DNA from: Spirochaetia bacterium
GTDB taxonomy: Bacteria; Spirochaetota; Spirochaetia; SZUA-6; Bin103
DNA length: 64,000 nucleotides
Direction of reading: 5' to 3'
Assembly: GCA_965203905.1 (NCBI GenBank)
Contig: CBDBDQ010000005.1
Span: 4,864,001-4,928,000, forward strand
Shown: piece after piece, positions 46,840-56,086 of the stretch
How the letters are laid out: each line of letters starts with the position of its first letter
Position numbering within the stretch: position 1 is the first letter of the stretch
Notes under the pieces: generated by a model
The model's database searches: none
Told to the model about the DNA's origin: nothing
Seen by the model: only the letters and a program-made list of their open reading frames with translations
Made by a program: the position numbers and the translations under genes

Positions 46840-49662
46840 ATGAGAGACCAGCCGATGCCCCCGATGCCTCAGTGGGGTGACTGGACATGGAGCCTCGACC
46901 ATGGCCAAGTAGGCCGCGTGGTCGACGTGGAGCATTTGTGGGGCGAGGCGCAGTGCCGTGTCTGGTTCCCGTCCACGGACGCTGTAGTTCGGGTACGTAT
47001 GGAACGGCTCCGGACTGCGGCGAAGGCCGCAGCCATCGATGTGTCATGGCTAGGCTTCGTGGCGGCCGCCGCGCGGGTCTCCGACGCGCTCACACAGGAC
47101 ACTCTGCTGGCGCCAGTCGAATCGTCGGTAATCCCGCTGCCGCATCAGATCCAGGCGCTCGAGCGGGCGACTGCGGGAAGTCGCGTTCGCTACCTGTTGG
47201 CGGACGAAGTGGGCCTGGGGAAGACCATCGAAGCGGGGCTGATCATGCGGGAGCTGAAGCTGCGCGGGGTGGTGCGACGGACGCTGGTGGTGGCGCCCAA
47301 GGGACTCGTCAACCAGTGGGTCGCGGAGATGCACACCCATTTCGCAGAGGAGTTCCGAGCCTTTATCCCAAGCGACTTTCCTGCATTCCGTCGGATCGCG
47401 CGGGCGGACAACGTGTGGCGGACTTGCGATCAGGTCGTCTGCCCGATGGATGCCGTGAAGCCGCTCGACGGACGGCGGGGGTGGTCCCGCGAGCGAGTGG
47501 CGGAGCACAACCGTGACCGCTTCGAAGACCTGACCGCTGCTGGCTGGGACTTGATCATCATTGACGAGGCGCATCGGCTGGGCGGCAGCACCGATCAGGT
47601 AGCCCGCTATCAACTCGGTCGGGGACTGGCTGATGCCGCCCCCTGCCTGCTCCTTCTTTCCGCGACTCCCCACCAGGGAAAGACCGATGCGTTCCATCGG
47701 CTGATGTCGCTGATCGATGAGAACGCGTTCCCCGATCCTGGCGAGCTCTCCCATGAACGCGTTCAGCCGTTCGTAATCCGTACTGAGAAGCGGCAGGCTA
47801 TCGATTCCGAGGGGCACCCCCTCTTCAAACCGCGCCATACCCGACTCGAACCGATCGCGTATGAGGACCGGCACGCCGGTCAGCGTGGCTTGTACGAAGC
47901 AGTGACCGAGTATGCACGCCAGGGTTATAACCGCGCGATCCGGGAACACCAGGGGCACATCGGCTTCCTGATGATCCTGATGCAGCGTCTGGTGACTTCT
48001 TCGACACGTGCTATCCGCGTGACTCTGGAGCGTCGCCTCCATGTACTTACCGTACCGGGCGAGCAACTCCTGCTGTTTCCGGAGCTCACGGACGAAGAGT
48101 GGGCGGAACTCGATGGTCAGGAGCAGATTGACACCTTGCTTTCAAGTCGGTTGAGTGGCCTCAAGAACGAACGCGCCGAGGTCGAACTGCTGCTGGAAGC
48201 GGCCAAGCGGACCGAGGCAACCGGCGCCGATGCCAAGGCTGAAGCTTTGCTGGACTGGATCTATCGCCTGCAGCAGGACGAAGGCGATCCCGAACCGAAG
48301 ATTCTTATCTTCACAGAGTTCGTCTCAACCCAGGAGATGCTGCGGGAGTTTCTGGCCAATCGCGGTTTCTCGGTCGTTTGCTTGAATGGATCCATGGGGC
48401 TTGAAGAGCGCGAGAGCGTGCAGCGCTCGTTTGCCCGCTCAACCCGATTTCTGGTGTCGACCGACGCCGGAGGCGAGGGGTTGAACTTGCAGTTCTGCCA
48501 TGTGGTGATCAACTACGACATCCCCTGGAATCCGATGAAGCTCGAACAGCGCATCGGCCGGGTTGACCGTATCGGTCAGGAGTGCCCGGTACTTGCCGTG
48601 AACTTTGTTGTGCACGAGACGGTCGAGCACCGCGTCCGCGAGGTGTTGGAAGAAAAACTGGCGGTCATCCTCGAGGAATTCGGCGTTGACAAGACCGAGG
48701 ACATTCTCGATTCGGCAGAGGCAGGAAAGATATTCGACGATCTTTATGTCACCGCTATCGTTCGTCCGGACAGTCTGGACGCCAAGGTGGATTCGGTAAT
48801 ACATCAAGTCGAAGAGCATGGGCAGGCCGTCCGGAATAGCAGCTCCGTCCTCGGAGGCACGGATGATCTTGATCCCGGGCAGGCAAAGCGGTTGAAGACC
48901 CACCCCCTGCGCCACTGGGTCGAGGCGATGACGGTAAACTTCATCCGCGCATACGGAGGCACAGCCGAACGAGATGGGCCGACGTGGAATCTCACTTGGC
49001 CGAACGGCGAGAGACAGGTAGCGGTCGTGTTCGCGCCCGAGGATGCACGCCGGCATCCAATCGCGCGGCATCTCACGCTGGAGGACCCGCAGGTGCGTTG
49101 GCTCGCCAAGCGACTTCCCCGATTCGTGCCGGGGCAACCGATTCCCTGCCTTGCGCTTGCAGGATTGCCTGCCGAGGTGTGCGGTTTCTGGTCGCTCTGG
49201 CAGATCACGTTGCACACGCCGGAGCGTGATCGAGGCCGCATCATGCCGCTGTTCCGGCATGAAGACGGGCGCGTTCTCGTGCCCACCGCACGTTTCATCT
49301 GGGATCGGATGATCTCCGACGACCCGGCCTTTGCGGGCAGCGTTGAGGGCGATGCCGCCGTGGCGGCGTTCGAACTGGCCGAGGAGGTGGCCCGGGAGTA
49401 CGGGAAGGCAATCTACCACGAACTCGTACACGCGCACCGATCGGATGTCTCGGCACGCCGAGAGAGGGGCGCATACTCCTTTGTTGCCCGGCGCCGTTTC
49501 CTCGCGCGGATCGGGCTGCCGGCGGTGCGGAATCATCGCCTGGCGCAGCTTGCCACGGAGGAACAGTCGTGGCGTGCCGCGATCGACCGGGAGGAAGAGG
49601 TCAGCCCCGATCTCGTTCCCTTGATCATCGTCCGCGTCGACCCGACCGGTGACTATCGGTGA
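46840..49662 (+). CDS. brxHII: BREX-3 SNF2-type helicase BrxHII
   Basis: PLPHQ, LLADEVGLGKT, IIDEAH, LSATPHQG, IFTEF, STDAGGEGLNLQ, NYDIPWNPMKLEQRIGRVDRIGQ; start uncertain (46765-46864). Confidence 0.9.
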   Translation: MRDQPMPPMPQWGDWTWSLDHGQVGRVVDVEHLWGEAQCRVWFPSTDAVVRVRMERLRTAAKAAAIDVSWLGFVAAAARVSDALTQDTLLAPVESSVIPLPHQIQALERATAGSRVRYLLADEVGLGKTIEAGLIMRELKLRGVVRRTLVVAPKGLVNQWVAEMHTHFAEEFRAFIPSDFPAFRRIARADNVWRTCDQVVCPMDAVKPLDGRRGWSRERVAEHNRDRFEDLTAAGWDLIIIDEAHRLGGSTDQVARYQLGRGLADAAPCLLLLSATPHQGKTDAFHRLMSLIDENAFPDPGELSHERVQPFVIRTEKRQAIDSEGHPLFKPRHTRLEPIAYEDRHAGQRGLYEAVTEYARQGYNRAIREHQGHIGFLMILMQRLVTSSTRAIRVTLERRLHVLTVPGEQLLLFPELTDEEWAELDGQEQIDTLLSSRLSGLKNERAEVELLLEAAKRTEATGADAKAEALLDWIYRLQQDEGDPEPKILIFTEFVSTQEMLREFLANRGFSVVCLNGSMGLEERESVQRSFARSTRFLVSTDAGGEGLNLQFCHVVINYDIPWNPMKLEQRIGRVDRIGQECPVLAVNFVVHETVEHRVREVLEEKLAVILEEFGVDKTEDILDSAEAGKIFDDLYVTAIVRPDSLDAKVDSVIHQVEEHGQAVRNSSSVLGGTDDLDPGQAKRLKTHPLRHWVEAMTVNFIRAYGGTAERDGPTWNLTWPNGERQVAVVFAPEDARRHPIARHLTLEDPQVRWLAKRLPRFVPGQPIPCLALAGLPAEVCGFWSLWQITLHTPERDRGRIMPLFRHEDGRVLVPTARFIWDRMISDDPAFAGSVEGDAAVAAFELAEEVAREYGKAIYHELVHAHRSDVSARRERGAYSFVARRRFLARIGLPAVRNHRLAQLATEEQSWRAAIDREEEVSPDLVPLIIVRVDPTGDYR

Positions 49663-51674
49663 AGAGCTGGCGTGCCGCGATCCTCAAGGAGTTTGCCCCG
49701 CACGTCGCGGGGCTTACGCTCGCCTCGGATCCCGACGGCCTACTCCGGGAGGAGCGAATCCTCAAGGAGATCGCGGAGCGCGGCTTCGAGGTGATGCCGT
49801 TCGATGATCATGTCGCCTTCCGCTTCGCCTATGAGTCGCGCTACCGGTCGCGTTGGGATCGCGGCGAGCTTACCGATTTGGTTGTCGTCCTAAGAGCGGG
49901 CGTTTCCGACCTGCAAGAACTGCCGAACGACCTGCTGCAGAAGGGCCGTCAGGTCTCGTTCACCCTGGGCGACCTGTTCCCGAACTTGAGCCATCAGGTA
50001 GTGGACGCGCTGGAGCGGAGCGACCTTGACGCACTGTACGAAGCCCAGACACTCCATCCGCCGCCTCGCCCCCTTGGTGACGTCCAGACCTGCGGCTTCG
50101 TGCTGCGGCATGTCTTTCGGATCGCACCCGAGACCATCAGGCGGGAGCCCGATCTGTTCCAACTCCTGCTAAGACGACACTACGGCGGACTTCGTATTCC
50201 ACCGAAGCTCGACAATCACCTGCTCCGGTTGCTGAGTCAGAACCCGCTGTTCGCAGCGTGGCCGTTGTATGAGATTCTCGTAGATCGCGAGGCGTTCTTC
50301 GCGTTTCTCCAGGAGCGCTGGCCGAGCTTTCTCGACCGCCAAACGTCCGATGACCGGTCTATCCGCGAAACGGCCGTGTCTATGGAGACCGAGTCGCTGC
50401 GCTTTCCGGGCCCGATTGAGATTCCGTTCGAGCACAGCGACCTGCGCGTCTACATCGACAACCTGTTCCTTGAGGGGTTCCTCAAGCCGGTAACGCATCC
50501 GAACGCCGATCGGCTGGCCGGGTCGTGGGAGACTGCCGGCATCAAGACAGACCCGGACGCCGATCTGAAGCGCCGGCTGGACGGGCTTCTGAGGGTTGCC
50601 GAGCAGTCGGTTCCCGATGGAGACGCGCATCACAAGACTTGGCTCACATTCGCGCGGCGCTGGGCTCACGTGAACGCCCTGGTATACGGCCGCGATGGCG
50701 ACCCCAACGCCGAGGATGCGCAGTCGCATTACCGGAGCGTTCGCGACCGGATCGACGTAGCGTTCACGGCGTGGCTGAAGGAGCGCTTCGGGACCTTGCA
50801 CAACCAGCCACCGCTTCCGCCAGCGTTGACCCACCATATCCCTCGGATGCTGGCTCGGACTTTGGAGGATTCCGCAGACGCGAAAGTGGCGATGGTGTTG
50901 ATGGACGGCCTGTCGCTCGATCAGTGGGCAACGGTGCGTGGCGTGCTCACCGACCAAAGACCAAACTTGCGATTCCGGGAGAACGCTCTGTTTGCATGGA
51001 TCCCAACACTCACCATGGTGTCACGACAGGCATGCTTCAGCGGCCGCCCGCCGCTGTACTTTCCCACGTCCATCCACACCACCGACCGCGAGCCCACCTC
51101 ATGGCAGCGCTTCTGGCTGAACGAGGGGCTACCCCCAGCCGCGGTTGATTACGCCAAGAATCTGCGCGATCATTCGAACTTGAGCGATGTCGCTGAACTG
51201 GTGTCACACCACAGGATCCGGGCCCTCGGGTTGGTCGTCGATGCGGTCGATCGGATCATGCACGGCATGACGCTTGGACAAGCCGGAATGCACAACCAGA
51301 TTCGGCAGTGGACAAGCGAGGGATTCCTCGCGGCACTGGTCGATATGCTCTTTGAACGTGGCTTCACCATCCTCCTGACCTCCGATCACGGGAACATCGA
51401 GACCCGTGGCTGCGGTCGCCCCGCGGAGGGCTCAGCCGCGGATCTTCGCGGGGAGAGAGTGCGGGTGTTTCCCGACCCAGCGCTGCGAGCCAACGTCAAA
51501 GAGCGGTTCGCAGACTCGATTGAATGGCCTCCGTTGGGGTTGCCGGACGACTATTTTGCGTTGATTGCGCCCGGCCGCTCGTCGTTCGTCCGTCCCTCGG
51601 AGCGGCCTGTCGCACACGGCGGGATCATGCTGGAAGAGGTCGTCGTTCCTCTCGTTCGGATCGATAGAGAATAG
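49659..51674 (+). CDS. pglZ: BREX-3 alkaline-phosphatase-fold protein PglZ
   Basis: DPDGLL, MDGLSLDQW, AWIPTLTMVSRQ, TSDHGN, HGGIMLEEVVVP; GTGA overlap with brxHII. Confidence 0.93.
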   Translation: MKSWRAAILKEFAPHVAGLTLASDPDGLLREERILKEIAERGFEVMPFDDHVAFRFAYESRYRSRWDRGELTDLVVVLRAGVSDLQELPNDLLQKGRQVSFTLGDLFPNLSHQVVDALERSDLDALYEAQTLHPPPRPLGDVQTCGFVLRHVFRIAPETIRREPDLFQLLLRRHYGGLRIPPKLDNHLLRLLSQNPLFAAWPLYEILVDREAFFAFLQERWPSFLDRQTSDDRSIRETAVSMETESLRFPGPIEIPFEHSDLRVYIDNLFLEGFLKPVTHPNADRLAGSWETAGIKTDPDADLKRRLDGLLRVAEQSVPDGDAHHKTWLTFARRWAHVNALVYGRDGDPNAEDAQSHYRSVRDRIDVAFTAWLKERFGTLHNQPPLPPALTHHIPRMLARTLEDSADAKVAMVLMDGLSLDQWATVRGVLTDQRPNLRFRENALFAWIPTLTMVSRQACFSGRPPLYFPTSIHTTDREPTSWQRFWLNEGLPPAAVDYAKNLRDHSNLSDVAELVSHHRIRALGLVVDAVDRIMHGMTLGQAGMHNQIRQWTSEGFLAALVDMLFERGFTILLTSDHGNIETRGCGRPAEGSAADLRGERVRVFPDPALRANVKERFADSIEWPPLGLPDDYFALIAPGRSSFVRPSERPVAHGGIMLEEVVVPLVRIDRE

Positions 51675-51807
51675 CCGCGGCGATGAATCTTGAACCACCG
51701 GATCTTGCCGGATCACACGAGATTCCGTGGCACATGAACGCTTCTCGACTTCGACACAGTGATCTAGTGTATGGAATGGGCTCACACATGCAACCGAAGA
51801 GTGCCTA

Positions 51808-52824
51808 ATGTCTGAGGTTCCACAAGCTCCGAGCGATTATTCAAAGGGACAACTGCCTGTGGAGAGTCCCGATCAAACGTCGTTATTTGAGGATGTACAG
51901 CATCCAGTATCCGTCGCCAACGAGTCGCCTGCTGCCGTCTGGGAGCGAGAAGCAGTTAAGCATGCTTTGGATGAGCTGTTCAGCCTCACTCATCAGTACA
52001 AAGGGAGCCGTGAATACAATAATCTGCTTGAATTTGTCGGACGTTTTCGATCCTACTCACCGTTCAACGCTATGCTGGTTCACGTTCAGATGCCTGGTGC
52101 AAAGTTTGTGGCTCCGCCAAGGCGGTGGCTTGACATATACAAGAGAACGATAAAGCCGGGAGCACGACCGATTATCATTCTGCAACCGATGGGGCCGGTA
52201 ATGTTCGTTTTCGATGTCGGTCAAACAGAGCCGATTGATGGAGATCAGGGTTTGCCGCCTCAGATAGAGAACCCGTTTAGAACGACTGGAAGACAAATTC
52301 GTAAGGGACTCCCACGTGCGATCGAAAACGGAAAACGTGATGGTGTCCGCGTAACGCGCATACTTCAAGGATCTCAAGCGGCTGGTTACATCGTTCGCGT
52401 CGACAAGAGAGTCAGGATATCGCAACCGTTTCAATCAGGATTAGACTCGAACAGAAACCCGATCTTGACGAATATCCCAGTCAAGTACGATCTTGTGGTC
52501 AATGCTGCGTTGAGTGATGAAGAACAGTATGCTACCATCGCTCATGAACTTGCTCACTTGTACTGCGGCCACATTGGCTCTCCGAATCCGAGTTGGTGGC
52601 CTAACCGAATAGGATTGGACACTGTCTTAGCTGAGTTTGAAGCTGAGTCGGTTGCTCACATGGTATGTCAGCGGTTCGGGATACAAAGCCATTCGGAGAA
52701 GTATCTCGTCGGATATCTTGAAACACACCGTCAGATTCCACGCATAAGTCTGGAACTCGTGATGAAGGCGGCGGGACTCATCGAGTCCATGACGAAAGGC
52801 CGGTTGAAGCTACGAAAAGCGTGA
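51808..52824 (+). CDS. ArdC-like N-terminal ssDNA-binding domain + zincin metallopeptidase protein
   Basis: FRSYSPFNAMLVHVQ.P.AKFVA...RW....RTIKPGARPIIILQP; TIAHELAH (HExxH); EFEAESVAHMVC..FGI; visibly lower GC. Confidence 0.75.
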   Translation: MSEVPQAPSDYSKGQLPVESPDQTSLFEDVQHPVSVANESPAAVWEREAVKHALDELFSLTHQYKGSREYNNLLEFVGRFRSYSPFNAMLVHVQMPGAKFVAPPRRWLDIYKRTIKPGARPIIILQPMGPVMFVFDVGQTEPIDGDQGLPPQIENPFRTTGRQIRKGLPRAIENGKRDGVRVTRILQGSQAAGYIVRVDKRVRISQPFQSGLDSNRNPILTNIPVKYDLVVNAALSDEEQYATIAHELAHLYCGHIGSPNPSWWPNRIGLDTVLAEFEAESVAHMVCQRFGIQSHSEKYLVGYLETHRQIPRISLELVMKAAGLIESMTKGRLKLRKA

Positions 52825-53564
52825 AGACACAAGACAGACTCGTGGGATTCGATCGTAAGGTCCGGCTGAGCTGGTTGGATGCGACCGCGGAGTGGGTCGC
52901 CCAGGGGCTCTCTGTTGCTGATATCCGACTTAGACTCGACCGTCTTCTTGACGGTGAGGTCACGGGAGGAGGCTCTCACACCGCTCGTGGCAAGACGATT
53001 ACGGTGTTGCTACATATTTGGGTGGTTGTACCTGGCGAGATTGTGTCTTTGCGTAACGACGGGCTTGATGTACTTGACGGGCTCGAAGGTCGTCAGCGAG
53101 TGATCGCGCACTGGGGTATGTGTCTGGCGACCTATCCGTTCTTCCGCGACGTGGCTGCGACGACGGGCCGCCTTCTCTCGCTTCAGGGACGGGCGTCGCT
53201 GTCGCAGATCGTCCGACGCGTGTCGGAAGCCTGGGGCGCACGGAGTACAGTGCCGCGGGCGGTACAGCGAGTGATCCGGTCGTTCGTGTCCTGGGGTGTC
53301 CTGGCCGAGACGCCGGTACGGGGGATATACGAACCGGCGCCAAAGATCGCAGTAACACAAAGCAAGATCGGGGCTTGGTTGCTGGAAGCGCGATTGGCAG
53401 ACGAGGGCCTTGGAGGCTGTCCCATCCACACGGTAGCCCGCGACGCGTCGTATTTCCCGTTGGACCTGAGATTGACGGTGCCCGACATAAACCGGAATCC
53501 ACGGCTGGAAGTCGTCCATCAAGGGTTTGACGCCCCGGTCGTTACGTTGAAGCGGACCAGATAG
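52821..53564 (+). CDS. brxA: BREX-3 BrxA-like protein
   Basis: GFDRKVRLSWLD, ARGKTITVLLHIW, HWGMCLATYPFF, WG.RSTV.RA..R...S...WGVL; last position in the canonical type 3 order. Confidence 0.75.
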   Translation: MKTQDRLVGFDRKVRLSWLDATAEWVAQGLSVADIRLRLDRLLDGEVTGGGSHTARGKTITVLLHIWVVVPGEIVSLRNDGLDVLDGLEGRQRVIAHWGMCLATYPFFRDVAATTGRLLSLQGRASLSQIVRRVSEAWGARSTVPRAVQRVIRSFVSWGVLAETPVRGIYEPAPKIAVTQSKIGAWLLEARLADEGLGGCPIHTVARDASYFPLDLRLTVPDINRNPRLEVVHQGFDAPVVTLKRTR

Positions 53565-54017
53565 CCCGCTACGTGCAGACCGTCCGCCAGGATGAGCGGG
53601 CTCCGTGTCGAGATGTCGTGCACACCAATCGTCGGAAGGAGCGACACGCATCGCAAGCGACCATTACGAGGTTGGTCACTGACCAACCTGTTTGCTCACG
53701 AGGAGCTTGGTCACTCCTTGTTCCGGGGTTGGTCACTGCCCCGGCGCCGGCGAGGTGCGGATTGCAGGTCTGGCTGTGACCCGAAGGCGGCGGCCAGCGT
53801 CTTGCGCTGGTCGGTGTTGAGCAGTTCGCGCGGGCTGAGTTCCAGCACCACGGTCTTGGCCCCGGATGGATCGCCGTCGCCTCGCGGAGCAGATCTTCGT
53901 CGAGGTAGATGGATCTCCATGAGGAGATGGTGGCCCGGAAGTGTGGAGTCGCTCAATGCGCCCCTTTGGGTTGGCCTCGGTTGGTACCGGCGCAGCCCCC
54001 GACCCGAGCGGTCGTTC
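53547..54017 (+). repeat. ~470-bp direct repeat, copy 1 (brxA 3' end, TTGGTCAC array, degenerate vapB on - strand)
   Basis: Long near-identical blocks shared with 56087-56569. Confidence 0.88.
53740..53921 (-). pseudogene. Degenerate vapB copy inside the repeat
   Basis: IYLDEDLLREATAIHPG / KTVVLELSPREL...AFGSQPDL...RRR in two frames; similar to 30119..30322. Confidence 0.65.
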
Positions 54018-54037
54018 CTTGACTACGTTTCCGTCTA

Positions 54038-54628
54038 ATGATAGTATTTTCTCTCGATATGGTGGATAATCAAACGCATATTAGCCTATTGGGTACCGGC
54101 GAATTGTCTTTGTCGGTTAAAGAATTTCAAGATGAAATAGGATACGACGGACTCACAGTAAAGCGTAGACATCGAGATGAGTGGCCAGTACATGCCGGAT
54201 TAGAAGCATATCTTCCAACTCTGGTATTGCTTGTCATAGGCAGTGCATATTTCAGGAGCTTTCTACAACAGGCGGGCAAGGACCACGCGGTCATTTTGAC
54301 CCGTGCACTTGAGAGACTCTCAAAGAAGCTCTTTCATAGAGAAAAGGACGCAGCTATCGTTGGCCGGGACAAAACGAATAAACCAGACTACTCATTCCTT
54401 TTTTCTGTTTGGGCCAGTGTCAACAAATGCACAGTAAAGTTCATATTTAAGACGCGATGTTCGGACGAAGAATATGCGGCGACCGGAATAGCCGCGATAG
54501 AGTTCTTGAATGAGTACCATACTGGCGGAAATTTGGCAAAATACCGGGCGATCATTGACGCGACTGAAGATCACACACAAATCGTGGTTGCATACGATTA
54601 TGATTCCGACTCACTATATCTCTTGTGA
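54038..54628 (+). CDS. Hypothetical low-GC protein
   Basis: 196-aa ORF in AT-rich DNA; hydrophobic segment LPTLVLLVIGSAYF followed by FLQQAGKDH. Confidence 0.65.
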   Translation: MIVFSLDMVDNQTHISLLGTGELSLSVKEFQDEIGYDGLTVKRRHRDEWPVHAGLEAYLPTLVLLVIGSAYFRSFLQQAGKDHAVILTRALERLSKKLFHREKDAAIVGRDKTNKPDYSFLFSVWASVNKCTVKFIFKTRCSDEEYAATGIAAIEFLNEYHTGGNLAKYRAIIDATEDHTQIVVAYDYDSDSLYLL

Positions 54629-55099
54629 CCTTTCATCCCACCCTATCAACCCTATTGCCCCAATGCCAACATATACGACGTTAATCAGAGGGAGGCGGCC
54701 CCACGGTAAACCCGTAGCGTTGCTTATAATTGCGCTACCGTGGTGACGCTCGATGGCGCGCGGAGTCAACCCTGCGACCGGTTCTTCATTGGCTGCACCC
54801 GCTCAACGATTGTCGATAGTGCCTGGAACCTGAGGTCCGTCCTAATAGCTCTATGGGACCGCAGGGGTTCGACTGGAAAAAGAGGTCGAAAAAATGACGG
54901 AAGCTCTGAAAGACGCAATCGGTCACTAGGAAGGATGCCCAATGAATGGATGCCGAATCTGCGAAGCACGTCCATCTGCGCTTGACACAGTAAGCGGGTG
55001 GCGAATCCAGGTATTGATGGCGGTGACGGCGGCGGACGGGCAACAGGGAGGAGCGCGAGACACTCGGCGCGGGTGCGGGCATGGCTGAGAACGCGTCGC

Positions 55100-55438
55100 T
55101 CACGACGCGAAGGAATGATCCGGTCGTGTATCGCCGGCATCCTCGCCAAGTGCCCTGACCACCGCCTCAGGGTCATGATCGATGACGGTCAGCAGCACCC
55201 GGGCTGCCCGATCGGGAACGCGCCGACCCTGTTCCCATTCCTGAAGAGCCCTCACATCGAGACCGAAGCGATCGGCGAACTTCTGCCGGCTCAGCCGCAA
55301 CCGCTTGCGGAGCGCGACAATCCGGCTGGCGGCGGGATTGTCGACGAACCGACACGACAGACCCGTCTCACCACGAACATGGGCGAGAACCTCGCCCAGA
55401 GCCGTTTCGATCTCACATCCAAGATCGGTGCGTTCCAT
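55100..55438 (-). CDS. HigA-like XRE HTH antitoxin
   Basis: ALGEVLAHVRGE...IVALRKRLRLSRQKFADRFGLDVRALQEWEQGRRVPDRAARVLLTVI. Confidence 0.88.
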   Translation of the reverse strand: MERTDLGCEIETALGEVLAHVRGETGLSCRFVDNPAASRIVALRKRLRLSRQKFADRFGLDVRALQEWEQGRRVPDRAARVLLTVIDHDPEAVVRALGEDAGDTRPDHSFAS

Positions 55439-55440
55439 CG

Positions 55441-55770
55441 TCACTTTTCCTGGTACTCCTTCTTGATAGCGGCAACCAGACGCGTCAACGCCTTGGTGTC
55501 CGCCGGGGTCAGATCCTCGCGATCCGCCTTCGCATAAGCCGTCAGCAAATAGATGGCGTCGGGGCCAGCCTGATAGAAGACCGTACGAATGCCCCCTCGC
55601 TTCCCACGACCGGAACCGGCCCATCGCAGCTTACGGATGCCGCCGGTCCCCCGGATGACCGGCGCTGCATCGGGGGCTGCGACAATCGAGTCCTCCATCT
55701 CTCTGCGGGCCTCTTCCTCGAGCAGCTTGCGAATGGCACGCACGTACGTGCTCGTGGAGAAGACCTGCAC
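55441..55770 (-). CDS. RelE/HigB-2-like toxin
   Basis: P.A.PVIRGTGGIRKLRWA..GRGKRGGIR..FY......IYLLTAYAK..REDLT; toxin gene upstream of antitoxin. Confidence 0.9.
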   Translation of the reverse strand: MQVFSTSTYVRAIRKLLEEEARREMEDSIVAAPDAAPVIRGTGGIRKLRWAGSGRGKRGGIRTVFYQAGPDAIYLLTAYAKADREDLTPADTKALTRLVAAIKKEYQEK

Positions 55771-56086
55771 CGTTCAGAAATATGCGGCATTGCCGCAGTC
55801 ATATGCAAGCGCTCGCAGCGGTGCCCGGGAACGCCCAGGACGTCGACTAACGCGACACCTCGCTGGCGTTCTCTAATCTCGCCGCCTCCTGGATTCCAGC
55901 GACGAGCCTTCTTGGGCCCGGGAGGAAGCCATCGCCGTATGAAGCTGCCTCGCGTTCTTGCGGGCAGTGAGGTCGCCGGATTGCTGGGGCGGCACTACGG
56001 CTAACCACGTGACCGCTGAGTTGACAGTCGGCGGCAGCACCCACCGCGTAACTGTGCCTCGACACGCCGATGTCCGCGGGGCGGGC

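Noticed and set aside
53711-53956. Twin 81-aa ORFs (also 56263..56508) as novel small proteins
   Set aside because: Better explained as frameshifted vapB remnants inside the direct repeat.
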